Shown: piece after piece, positions 38,898 through 49,545 of the stretch
Numbering within the stretch: position 1 is the first letter of the stretch
How the letters are laid out: the number at the start of each line of letters is the position of its first letter
NCBI RefSeq assembly: GCF_036321535.1
Contig: NC_087438.1
Span: forward strand, 7,194,001 to 7,258,000
Direction of reading: 5' to 3'
Length of the DNA stretch: 64,000 nt
Origin: Camelus dromedarius
Lineage: Eukaryota
Made by a program: the position numbers and the translations under genes
The notes under the pieces: model-generated
The model's input: the letters and a program-made list of their open reading frames with translations, nothing else
The model's database searches: none
What the model was told of the DNA's origin: nothing

Positions 38898-39803
38898 GTG
38901 GTGATGGTTGCACAACATTGCGAATGTTCTTAATGTCACGAATTGTACACTTAAAAATGGCTAAAATGGTAAATTTAATGTTATATATGTTTTACTGCAA
39001 TAAAAGCTAATTTTTGAAAACCACAATTTAAAAAAAGGACATTTGTAAATGGTAAAATTTGTATAAGGTGTGTAGATTATATAACAATGGTGTGCCAATG
39101 TTAATTTTCTCACTTTGGTAAATGTACTGGTTATCCAAGAAAATGTCCTTTTTTTAAAAAGAGAAATATATATGAAGTATTTAGGGGCAAAGAGGCAATA
39201 TGTTGCAATCTACTCTCAAACGGTTCAGAAAAATTAATGTATACAAATTATTCATGTATGCTAGACAGAATGGTAAAGGAAATGGGGAATGTGGGTGTAA
39301 TGTATAAGAGAATTTGTACTATTATTGTAGCTTTTTGGTAAATCTAAAATTATTTCAAAATAAGCAGTTTTTAAAATTGGAAGAGGAAACTGACTGGAAA
39401 GAAAGGAGACGCTGCTTGGGGGAAACAGAATTCTAGTGCCTGAGATTCCCTTGCAGCAAGCTGTCCAGGCCTCCACAGCTCTGGGATGCCCTAACCCTGG
39501 CGGATCAGGATCAGGGGTTACAGGATTTCACCGCACTGACTGGTGGGGAAGAAATTAGTCAGATCCAGAAAGACAAATACTGTATGACTTCACTCATATG
39601 TGTAATCTTAAAAAAACCAACGAAACAAACAAAATAAAACAAAAGCAGACCCACAGATACAGAGATCAGATTAGTGGTAACCAGAGGGAAAGTGGGTTGA
39701 GGGTGGGTGAAATGGATGAAGGGGGTCAACTGTATGGTGACTGATGGTAACCAGCCTTGTGGTGATCACCCTGTAGTGTATACAAATTATAAAGTGTCGA
39801 ATT

Positions 39804-39887
39804 TGCGGGTGGGGTATAGCTCAGTGGTGCTTAGCATGCACGAGGTGCTGGGTTCAATACCCAGTACCTCCCTTAAAAATGGTAAAA
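39804..39887 (+). mobile_element. tRNA-derived SINE (Vic-1-like, internally deleted) inserted in an L1 3' UTR
   Basis: ggggtatagctcagtggtgcttagcatgcacgagg..gggttcaatacccagtacc; 15-bp TSD ataaa(g/a)tgtcgaatt at 39789-39803 and 39888-39902. Confidence 0.85.
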
Positions 39888-40189
39888 ATAAAATGTCGAA
39901 TTATAATGCTGTACTCCTGAAACATACTACTACTACCAATCATCATCATAAAACGTGCAGAACGAATTAGTGGTGACAGACATCACATCCATGTGCGGGG
40001 AAGTGGGTACTGACTGGGAAGGGCAGGAAGGAATTATGTGCAGTCCTGGAAATATTCTATGTGTTGATCTGGGTGCTAGTTACAAGTTACCAAGATGTGC
40101 ACTTAAGCTCTGTGCACTTTTTACTGCATGTGTTAATCCTCCATTAAAAAGATTTAGACTGCTCCCACCCCCACCTTGACACTGCGCAC

Positions 40190-40620
40190 TGAGATTGCGT
40201 CCACGTAAACAAGGCATTCCCTTAGACTCAATGGAGATTCGATTTACGTTGTTTGTTATTTCGTTGCTAAGCAACACAGCCTAAACTGCATAACCGACCG
40301 ACGCCAGCCTTTAACAGCCAGCCTAGGGGATGTGCTAAGCCAAGAGTGATGGGCGCGGACAATCCCAACTCACAGCCCCTTTGTGCGGCGGTGGGAGGTG
40401 AGAGTGGGAGGTGAGCAGCTCAGGCGCAGCGGAAGCCCCGGCCCCTCCGGCGTGGGCTGGCTGCGGTGAGCCGCTCTCCCGCCCGCCTGCATCTATCGCT
40501 ATGGCAACTGCTTCCTCAGTACTGGGGCTAAAATGAGGCTCTGTAGGTGTCGCTTCGTGATTGGAGGTCTCACCTGCCATTGAGTTGTGTGGCCTGAAGA
40601 GGAAATTGATGAGTCACTGC
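40190..40620 (+). promoter_or_regulatory. Small CpG-rich promoter-like element with two RFX X-boxes
   Basis: GTTGCTAAGCAAC 40263-40275; ATCGCTATGGCAAC 40495-40508; CpG cluster 40295-40500; plus-strand GTGAG donor-like sites at 40398, 40411 and 40466; TGAGTCA 40610-40616. Confidence 0.55.
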
Positions 40621-40739
40621 GGGGAAAGCCTGACGCTTGTTAGAGAGGGTCACTCGTGCAGAAATGGGGCAGATTTGAGGCTGGAAGGCAGGCCTCAGAG
40701 AGAGTGGTGAAGGTTATCTGAAGGGCAGGGGTGGTATGG

Positions 40740-41175
40740 GTATCAACAGAAAGACCTAAGGACCAGCTAAAACTAAAAAGAGGTGGAAATAAACAAAGAC
40801 CACCCAAATGAGAAAAACAAAGGCTGTTGCTTCAGAGCTCGCTGTACAAGGAGTCAGCCAACCCTCCTGCGTTTGGCAGAGACTCAGAGACAGGGGGAGG
40901 AGTGGGGAAGCTTTATAACAGAAAGAGCTGCAGGTGTGCCCGGAAGCGAGGCTGTTGTCATGGGGAAGCTGGAGGCGGGCTAACTAGAAGGGGGCGGGGC
41001 ACCCTGTGTGATTGGTTAGGGTTGCTTATTTGGCTTTCTCTGATTGGCCCTAAATTGGAAACGGGGCCAAAAATTAGGGAAGCTGACAGTTACTGATTAA
41101 GTGCTGATGGGTCTGGGTTGACTGCTGCAGGGGTGGTGGTTTGGCTTTCTGGGCTGGATCAGAGTTCTATTGTCA
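40740..41175 (-). mobile_element. ERV LTR-like element
   Basis: Paired GATTGG (reverse CCAAT) boxes, GC box ggggcgggg and a TTTATA (reverse TATA) arranged like an LTR U3 on the minus strand. Confidence 0.5.
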
Positions 41176-42674
41176 TAGATGGTCTGGATGTTGTCTGTAT
41201 ATTCTGTATCTCAATGGATACCCAGAAGTTAGTCAAGAGAGTAGTCCTCACGGTCCTATTAACAAGGGAGTGAGGCACTGTGCAGCGTAGGGGCACAGCT
41301 ATGAGGAGCACCTCAGGAGAAGTTGGGTACTGAGCATCACAGGGAGGAAAGTAAGGGAAGTGGGTGAGGTTAAACACTATCTGACCTCAGAAAAGCAGGG
41401 AGCAGGGACACCTCTGATGGGGACTCACAGGGTCTCTTGTGAGTCCGGGACGTGTTCCCGGCATAGGCCCCAGAGCTAAACGCTGAGTGAGGACACTTGG
41501 GAGGTGTGGGACCCACCTAACTCACTGACCCTGAGTGTTTTTTCCAGCTCCTGCCTCATCAGACCGTTGAGAATTGAATGAGCTAATATGCATCAAGTTC
41601 ATTGTACAGTGCCCGGCACTTGGCAAGTGCTTGGTCAATGTTAGATAATATTTTAGGGCTTCTGAATAATTGGTCAAAACTGAAATTAAGTATATTGTTA
41701 GGATCAGAGTCAAACTGTGTTAATGTAACTGTCAACAAAAGCATTAGAAACCTGGCCTCAGAGTGGGGTGGAGAAGGCTGGTGAGTGGCTTGAAGGGGCC
41801 AGCAGTAGGAACATCACCTGTGGGCACCAAGAGAGTACACGTGTGTTCCAGCCTAGACTGCATACCCTCCCCAGGGGCAGAGGAGGAAGATGGTCATAGG
41901 CCAGTGGGGAGACTGGCAAGACCCCTAGAACTGTGTTTGGAGTGAGAGAGGATCAGTTCTCTGAAAGAGAGGTAGGTATTGTAGCCAGGAGAAGGGGAGA
42001 TGGAGAACTTTACAAACAATAATAACATGTACGTTTATTCATATACTTAAAGTTTGTGGTTAAAAAAAAACCTTAAAAATGTAGAAATTCTAGTTAGACT
42101 CTAAGCCGTCAGAATACTAATCATTCCATGAGTTCCCCAAGTGAGGTTGTAAAAAAGATTCTTTCTGAGGAAAACTGGAAAGTCCCTAATTCAAAGGTAA
42201 CCTTGGAAGACAGGAAGCAGGTCTGAGGCATGCCTGACTTGCTTATCTTTGGGGTCTAACAGCATAGTGCACAAAATAAGCACTTAGTAAATGTTTGGTG
42301 ATAATGAAGATGTACAGGAAGATAACAAAAGAAACTCAGCTTCAGAGCTTAGTGGTGTCCATAAATATAGGAGTGAGGAGTGCCAAGAGAATCCCTAAAG
42401 GTTCCTTTGGACTTCACTCATCTAAGATAAAATCTCTAGGAAGAACTTTGTGTAAGAGCAACCGCACAATTTCAGGTTTGAAGCCCAAATATCAGATGAA
42501 AATTTATATGTCAAGAGACTAATCAGTTAGAGAGGGACTCCCTTGGGGCCCTGGGGGCTGCCTCTGGACACTGCATGTAACCATGTGTGGCAGAGGCGGT
42601 TGACACTGGGGATTTTGGCTACAGCCTCTGGAGCTAGCAAGTCAATACTGAAGTTTGGGCTAGCAGTGAGGCAT

Positions 42675-43130
42675 GAGTATTAGCTTCCTGTGGCTGCTGT
42701 AACAAATGACCACAAACTAGATGGCTTAAGACAACAGAAATTTATCTCTCACACTTCTAGAGACCAGAAGTCTGAGATCAAAGTGTTGGCAGGGCAAGAC
42801 TTCCTACAGAGGGTCTGAGGAGAATCCATTCCTTGCCTCTTTCAGTTTCTAGAGTTTGCCAGTGTTCCTTGACCTGTGGCTGCATCAATCCAATCTCTGC
42901 TTTCATCTTCTCGTGGCCACCTCTTCTGTGTGTCTCAAATCTGCCTCTGCCTCACTCTTATAAGGACACCTATCACTGGATTTATGGTCCACCTGGATAA
43001 TCCAAGATGATATCATGTCAAAATCCTTAATTTAATTATATCTACAAAAACTTTTTCTAAATAAGGTAACATTCACAGGTTCCAGGGATTAGGGTGTGGA
43101 CAAATTTTGGGGGCCACCATTCAGTCGATG
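42675..43130 (-). mobile_element. MLT1 (MaLR) LTR
   Basis: tattagcttcctgtggctgctgtaacaaatgaccacaaac...aataaggtaacattcacaggttccagggattagg. Confidence 0.8.
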
Positions 43131-43200
43131 ACAACATCTCCCAAGGCAGTAACATTAAGAAGTTCATAGTTCATTCCTGAAAATGCTTGTTTGTTTGTTT

Positions 43201-43312
43201 GGGGGGTGGTAATTATGTTTATTTATTTATTAAGTGGAGGTATTGAGGATTGAACCCTGGACCTCATGCATGTTATGCCTACACTCTACCACTGAGCTAT
43301 ACCTTCCTCCCT
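43201..43312 (-). mobile_element. tRNA-derived SINE (Vic-1-like)
   Basis: ggtaattatgtttatttatt...gattgaaccctggacctcatgcatg...ctctaccactgagctatacc. Confidence 0.85.
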
Positions 43313-43555
43313 TGAAAATGCTTGTTGACTGCCATGGAGCTCCCAAGATGTTCTGGAGTTGAACCCATGAATTCACGTGGAACAACCCACATCCAACCAC
43401 ACTTGGAGATGGGATCTATTGCCAGCCTGTGGTAATCTGACATAGCCTGGGATATTTAAGAAATTCCTGGTCTAAAGGATCCTCTGGATGTGGAAATTTC
43501 CATGGTTAACTTAGATGCTTTTCTACTCTCAAGGGTAGACCTCTTGGTCCATGTA

Positions 43556-43591
43556 TCCTTGGGGTCCTTGGGGTCCTTGGGGTCCTTGGGG
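43556..43591. repeat. (TCCTTGGGG)4 tandem repeat
   Basis: Direct read. Confidence 0.95.
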
Positions 43592-45414
43592 CTTGTACGG
43601 CTCAGCAATTTGCAGAGTGCATGCTCAGGCACTCTAGCTGTGTGAGATGGCCTCTTAGAAAAGGGTTCAGTGGCCAAGGCCAGGCAGACAGCCCTGACAA
43701 CCATACTCCCCTCTGAGGATCCTCAGTACAATTTAATAGCTTAAAGGCACCCAGAGATCCTATAGTAGAGAATACCAGTATTTCCCCACTGGCCTGCAAT
43801 GCTTTACAATTCATAAGTCACACTTTGCTTTGGAAGGGAGACCTACTGAAAAGGAAATGTACACGCATGTGTTTGCACCGTGTCTTCTGCATTGGCAGAA
43901 CGAGGAAATGTCAGATTATGCCTCCTTTCTGACCCCATTTGCCACCTCAGAGCTTGTGCCAGCTGCTGACTCTAAAGAGCTCTGGTCTGCTAGGCACCAG
44001 CTCACCTGCCGACTCGAGCGTGCTTGCCCAGGACTTGCTGACCTGCTTCACGTTGCAGCAGAGAGCACAGAACCCTCTGTTGTGCCGAGTCCTCTGAGGC
44101 CCTCCCAACATCCTGCTCTTTTATAACAGTTAAGGGGCATGTGGGTGAGCTCTTGTGTATGTGGCACCAAATAAAGCATCTCCTTCATCTGCTTCATTGA
44201 GTAATGAGGTCAGAAATGTGGCAACTCAATATGATTGTGTGTGGCTCAAGCTCAGCTTCTCTTCTTCTTCCCTTGTCTCTTCAGAAGGAACACTCAAGGC
44301 CCAGCTTACATCACACGGACAGACAGTCAGGACACCGTCACCCAGGAAGACCTGAGGGGGTCAACTATGATTTACCTGTCTGTCTCTTTCTTTCTTCCTT
44401 TTTTGGGGGCAAGAATTAGGAGAATGACACAAACAGAACAAGGTTTTATTTCATTGGAAAAATTACAGGAGAAGTTTGTCATAAAAGGCTGAAAAGTTTT
44501 TGTAAAATACACTTGTCATTATGAGTATCAACAAGAATGTTTTTAACGATAACAGGCACTTTCAAATTCAAGAATAATTTTAAAATTTGGCTGTCCTACT
44601 TAATGGAAAAGATACGAATGAGAGAATATGAAGGACCATGGCTTTCATGTGTTACTCCACAGATTATTAATAAATGCTGAGAATCTGCAGCCGTCACTTT
44701 AACCGAGTGATCAAACTCAGCAACGATCATCGTGGTCCAACCTGGCATCCTGGCCTCCTGATGGGCTACCACATGAACAACACAACATCGATGAAATATT
44801 CTTGCTAAAAAAATGTTTAGCTCGAATCATATCAAGCCTCCAGGCTAACTTTCAGTTTAAGGAAATACAGGGGCTAAAGGAACAGTTAAATGTCAGCAGG
44901 AGGAATCAATCAGACAAATTTAGAATGAAAGATATTGTATAAAACAAACTGTCCTGTGATCTGCCGACAGGCATTGTCTTCGGAAAATGAGAGGCACAAA
45001 GACTGTTTTAGGTTAAGGGAGACTAGATAGGCTTGAAATCAGTGGCAATGCATGAAGATCAGTCGGATGCTTGTTCAAACAAACTCAAAACAAAACTATA
45101 AAAGACCTTCTTGGGACAATTACAAAAACTTTAGATTCTAGATATTATGGTGTGGTAATGGTTTTAAAGGACATTATTCTAACTTTAGGAGATACATGCT
45201 AAAGTGCTTGGGGAAAATTGTTCAGACACATACTTCCAAAAGACACAGAAGGAAAAGAAAGAAAAACTATAGTTAAAATACATATGGGTAAATGTTAATA
45301 ATCATTGAATCTAGGTTGAGGGCGTATAGATGTTCATTGTACTATTCCTTCATCTTTCCTGAATATTTGAAAACATTCATAATAAAGTTTTCAGGGAAAA
45401 AAAGACTGTGGTCT

Positions 45415-45690
45415 TGACATAGAAAACAAACTGTGGTTACCAAAGGGAAAGGGGGGAAGGGATAAATTAGGAGTCTGGGATTAACAGATACACACTACTA
45501 TATATAAAACAGATAAACAACAAGAACCTACTGTACAGCACAGGGAACTCCTTTGAATTTCTTGCAATAACCTATAATGGAAAAGAATCTGAAAAAAAAT
45601 ATGTATATGTATAACTGAATCACTTTGCTGTATACTTGAAACTAACACAAGGTTGGAAATCAACTATATTTCAATAAAAAAAATTTTTTA
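45415..45690 (+). mobile_element. L1 3' UTR fragment
   Basis: gacatagaaaacaaactgtggttacc...ggaaatcaactatatttcaataaaaaa; actgtggtcttga occurs on both sides (TSD-like). Confidence 0.8.
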
Positions 45691-46544
45691 AAAAACTGTG
45701 GTCTTGAAGGCCTTCATCTTAGAAACAGTTTGGCTTAAATTTCAAGTAATTTTTCTATGAATATTGTATCTGAATATATTAGGGATAAGAAACACTTGGA
45801 ACTTTGGTTTGATGATTTGATTTGACTCAATGTACTTCTTTGTTGAGAATATCTGCCCATAGCATTGAAGTTAAAGTCATTACAAGGAGAAGTGCAGATA
45901 TAACAGTTCAGACACATCAAACGTTGTGTATCACTGTTGCTCAATTGATATTTCAGCTGCCACCTGAATGTGTCTCTTCCTAAGATAGGCACTCGTACAC
46001 AGGGTGCTATTTCAGCAGCAAAAAGTATCTCTGGGAAAAGTTTTTGTTTATTCAGCCAATACTTACTGACATACTGCTACCTGTCCAGGCCTGTGTTGGC
46101 CTAAGGGAAACTTCAGTAAATGAAAGGTGGCCACTGCTGCTGAAGACCCAAGGCCACAGACGTCCAAATGCACCAGGACAGGTGTGGCCTCATTCATACT
46201 CAAGTGCAACATTCTCTAAAGATTTTGCTTCTGCACATCCTAAAAAATTAGGTACACCTTCATTTCTTGATAAATAAAATATTTTATGGTATGTTTAAAT
46301 AGCAGCAAAGATGTAATTCTGGCATAAAATGGATATTTTTAAATTGTTTCATCACTTAAAAAAAAAGATCCCAGTAAGTATAATTTCTTTGTAATCTCAG
46401 TCTGGTAATATCCATATCTGAAGTCTTTGTGGGCCGGTTTCTGTTATCTGTTTGTTAGTCCTTGTTTATATATGTATTTGATTATGCTTAATGTGCAGCT
46501 CATCATCCTTGTAAATTTATTTGTGGAAATTCTTTGAGGGCTAG

Positions 46545-46920
46545 TGTCATAGACTGAACTGACCCCCTAAAGTTCATTTGCTGAAGCCCTAGCCCTCAGT
46601 GTGACTGTATTTGGAGATGGAACCTTAAAAAATGTAATTAAGGTTAAATGAGGTCATAAGGGTAGGGCCCTCATCCAATAGGACTGGTGTCCTAAGAGGA
46701 AAAGAAAGAGACACCAGGCATGCACAAACACAGACAAGGCCATGTGAGGACGCAGAGGGAAGGTGGCCATCCACAGGTCTAGAACAGAGGCCTCAGGAGC
46801 AACCAACCCTTACGACACCTTGATCTTGGACTTCTAGCCTCCATAACTGTGAGAAATAAATGTCTGTTGTTTAAGCCATCCAGTCTGTGGTCTGCTTTTA
46901 TGCCAGCCCTACCAGACTAA
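46545..46920 (+). mobile_element. MLT1 (MaLR) LTR
   Basis: tgtcatagactgaac...gtaattaaggttaaatgaggtcataagggt...gtgagaaataaatgtctgttgtttaagcc. Confidence 0.8.
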
Positions 46921-49342
46921 GGTGGCTAGGGAGCAAGTGCATTCTTCTGGAGAGAATTGGTGTTTGACTTTGCCGGGTACTTAGGGGTCCCAGCAGTTCA
47001 AGATCCTTTTCAACTAAGTTTACTCCTTGAGATTACTGGGTCACTGGAGTGTCACGAGTTTGAGGTGCAGTCCATGCCAGGGTTGGTTCATGGATACAAT
47101 TTAACAAGGCTCAGCAGAAACAACTTTTCCTAGACGTTTTGGGATCAGATTTACTTTTGGTTCGCTATTTCCTCTAAGTTAGCAGCCTTGTGGGCCTTGG
47201 AGGAGGATCCTGATGGAAGGGCTCTTAGCAGATCTTTCACCTTGGGCAGGCTCTGGGCAGTGATACTTATTCTTCTTGCCACCGGAAACTGTCAAAACAC
47301 AAGTTCAAAGTTTGCCTGTATCAGCAGAGCAAAAGTGACTGCCATGTTCCGCTTACAACCTGTCCTTAGATTCGGCCTGGTAGTTGCTTTACTATTTTTG
47401 TCAACTCTTCAGTGGTTTAAAAAACACGTTTTTAATATTTTATCAAGTATTTTCAACTGCTGTTTGAAAAAATGTAGTCTGCTATGTGCTTAAGGGAAGT
47501 GAACATCATTTTTCTCAATATTTTAAAAGAGAAGCTCTTTTACCCTGAGGTTTGTGTGTGGCCTTGAAGGCATCCATGAGTTCCTGGAAACTGTATGCAA
47601 CATTTTGTGTTTATGCAATTTTTCTGGGGAAAAAAATTCGATAGATTTTATCAGATTGTCAAAGGTATTTTTGACTCAGATTCCCCAAATTTGAGAACCA
47701 CTGCTTTAGAGTTCCGTCAGCACTTAGCAATTTTAACTAAAAAAGAAATGATTTCAGAAGAATTTCAAACTCATGAAAAAGTTGCAAGTATAGTACAAAA
47801 AACCCTCCCATATTGTCTTCACCCAGATTCACCAGCTTTAAACATCTCTCTCTCAGTCATTCACACACACACACACATATACACGTTTTTTTCTGAACCA
47901 TTTGACTACGAGCTTCAGACCTGATCCTATATCACCCCTAAATACTCCTGTGTGTATTTCACTAAATAAGGACATCCAAAGAAATCTCAGAAATCAACAG
48001 ATTCAAGCCTACCATTCAAAGAACCTATCCAAATTTCAATTTTGCCAAAAATGTCTTTTTTAGTTCTCAGGTCCAGGATTCCTTCATACATTGCACTTAG
48101 TTATCAGGTCTCTTTGGCCTCTTCCAATCTGGAATGTTCCCTAGTCATTCTGTCTATCATGCCCTTGAGAATTTGAAAGCACACAGACCTTATATTTTCT
48201 AGGCTGTCACTCAACGTGATTCCATTTGATATTTCTTCATGCCCAGACTCAGGCATGTATTTCTGACAAACTTTGATTTTTCTTAGTATGTCAGTCTATC
48301 CCATCACCAGTAATGTTGACCTTGGTCATCTAGTAATGTTGATGTCTTCACTGTAAAGTTACTATTTTTCTTCCTGATTGTTGGACAATGCTCCAATGTT
48401 ATGCTAAAATCTGGTTCCTCCTCGAAACTACACCCATTCTTAGCCTCCACTGACAACTGCAGTCTCAACCACTATCAGGTTGGTAAGTGATTTTCTGTTC
48501 ATATCATTCCTTTTACATTTATTGGTTGGCATTATACTGCAAAGGAAGAACTTTTCTTTCTCCCTACTGATTTATGTCATGATGAGCTCATGGATTCCTC
48601 TTTTATTCAATAGGTTGTAATCTGTTACTTAAATACTTATTTTGATGCTCAAATTGTCCCCACATTGGCCAATGGGAGTCCCATGAGCCAGTTTCTTTAT
48701 CCTTGTAACATGGCTCTATTGTTTTTTGAGCACTTTCTTAATTTCCAGCACAAGACGTTCTAGGCTCATCTTGTAGTTTTCCCACTCCAGCTCTAAAATC
48801 TGACATTTCTTCAGAGAATCTTGGTTCCTCTTTTTTTCCCCCTCTTATAAGTATTTTTTTGAAAAATATTGAACTTTTTTTTAGAGCAGTTTAAGATTCA
48901 GGGCAAAAGTGAGAGGAAGGGACAAATATTTCCATATACCCCTGCACAGCCTCCCCCACTGTCAGCATCCCACCATGTTACCTTTGTTACAACTGATAGA
49001 ATTGACACCTCATAATCACCCGAAGTCCATAGTTTGCATTACAGTTCATTTGGTGTTGTTCATTCTGTGGATTTGGTCAAATGTATAATGACATATGTCT
49101 ATCATTATGGTATCAAACAGTCTTGGTTCCTTTCAGTGGAGCATGGTATTAGAAACCAAAATCTGTGTACTCAGTATGCTCAGAGCTACTGGGGTATCAC
49201 TGCATGTAGCTCCTCTCAGGATCTTTCAGAGTGAAAAACAAGAAAAAAATATATATAACAAATATATATTTCCTAGTATATACATTTAATATCTGATATA
49301 TATTATATATAGGTATATATATTATATATGTATATATATATA

Positions 49343-49545
49343 AAATTGACACTTGAACGACATGGGTTTGAACTGCATGGGCCCACTTATACTTGACATT
49401 TTTTCAATAAATAGGTACTACAGTACTACATGGTCCGAGGTTGGTTGAATTTAAGGATGTCGAACTGTAGATAGGAGGGCTGATTATAAAGTTGTACTCG
49501 GATTTCCAGCTGCCCCTAACCCCTGCATTGTTCATGGGTCAACTG
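49343..49545. mobile_element. Short Tigger2-like non-autonomous DNA transposon
   Basis: Degenerate inverted termini aattgacacttgaac ... gttcatgggtcaactg next to a TA-rich tract. Confidence 0.7.

Noticed and set aside
39804..39887. tRNA-like A/B boxes here and in six other copies
   Set aside because: SINE heads with AT-rich tails and, here, a TSD; no complete cloverleaf, so not tRNA genes
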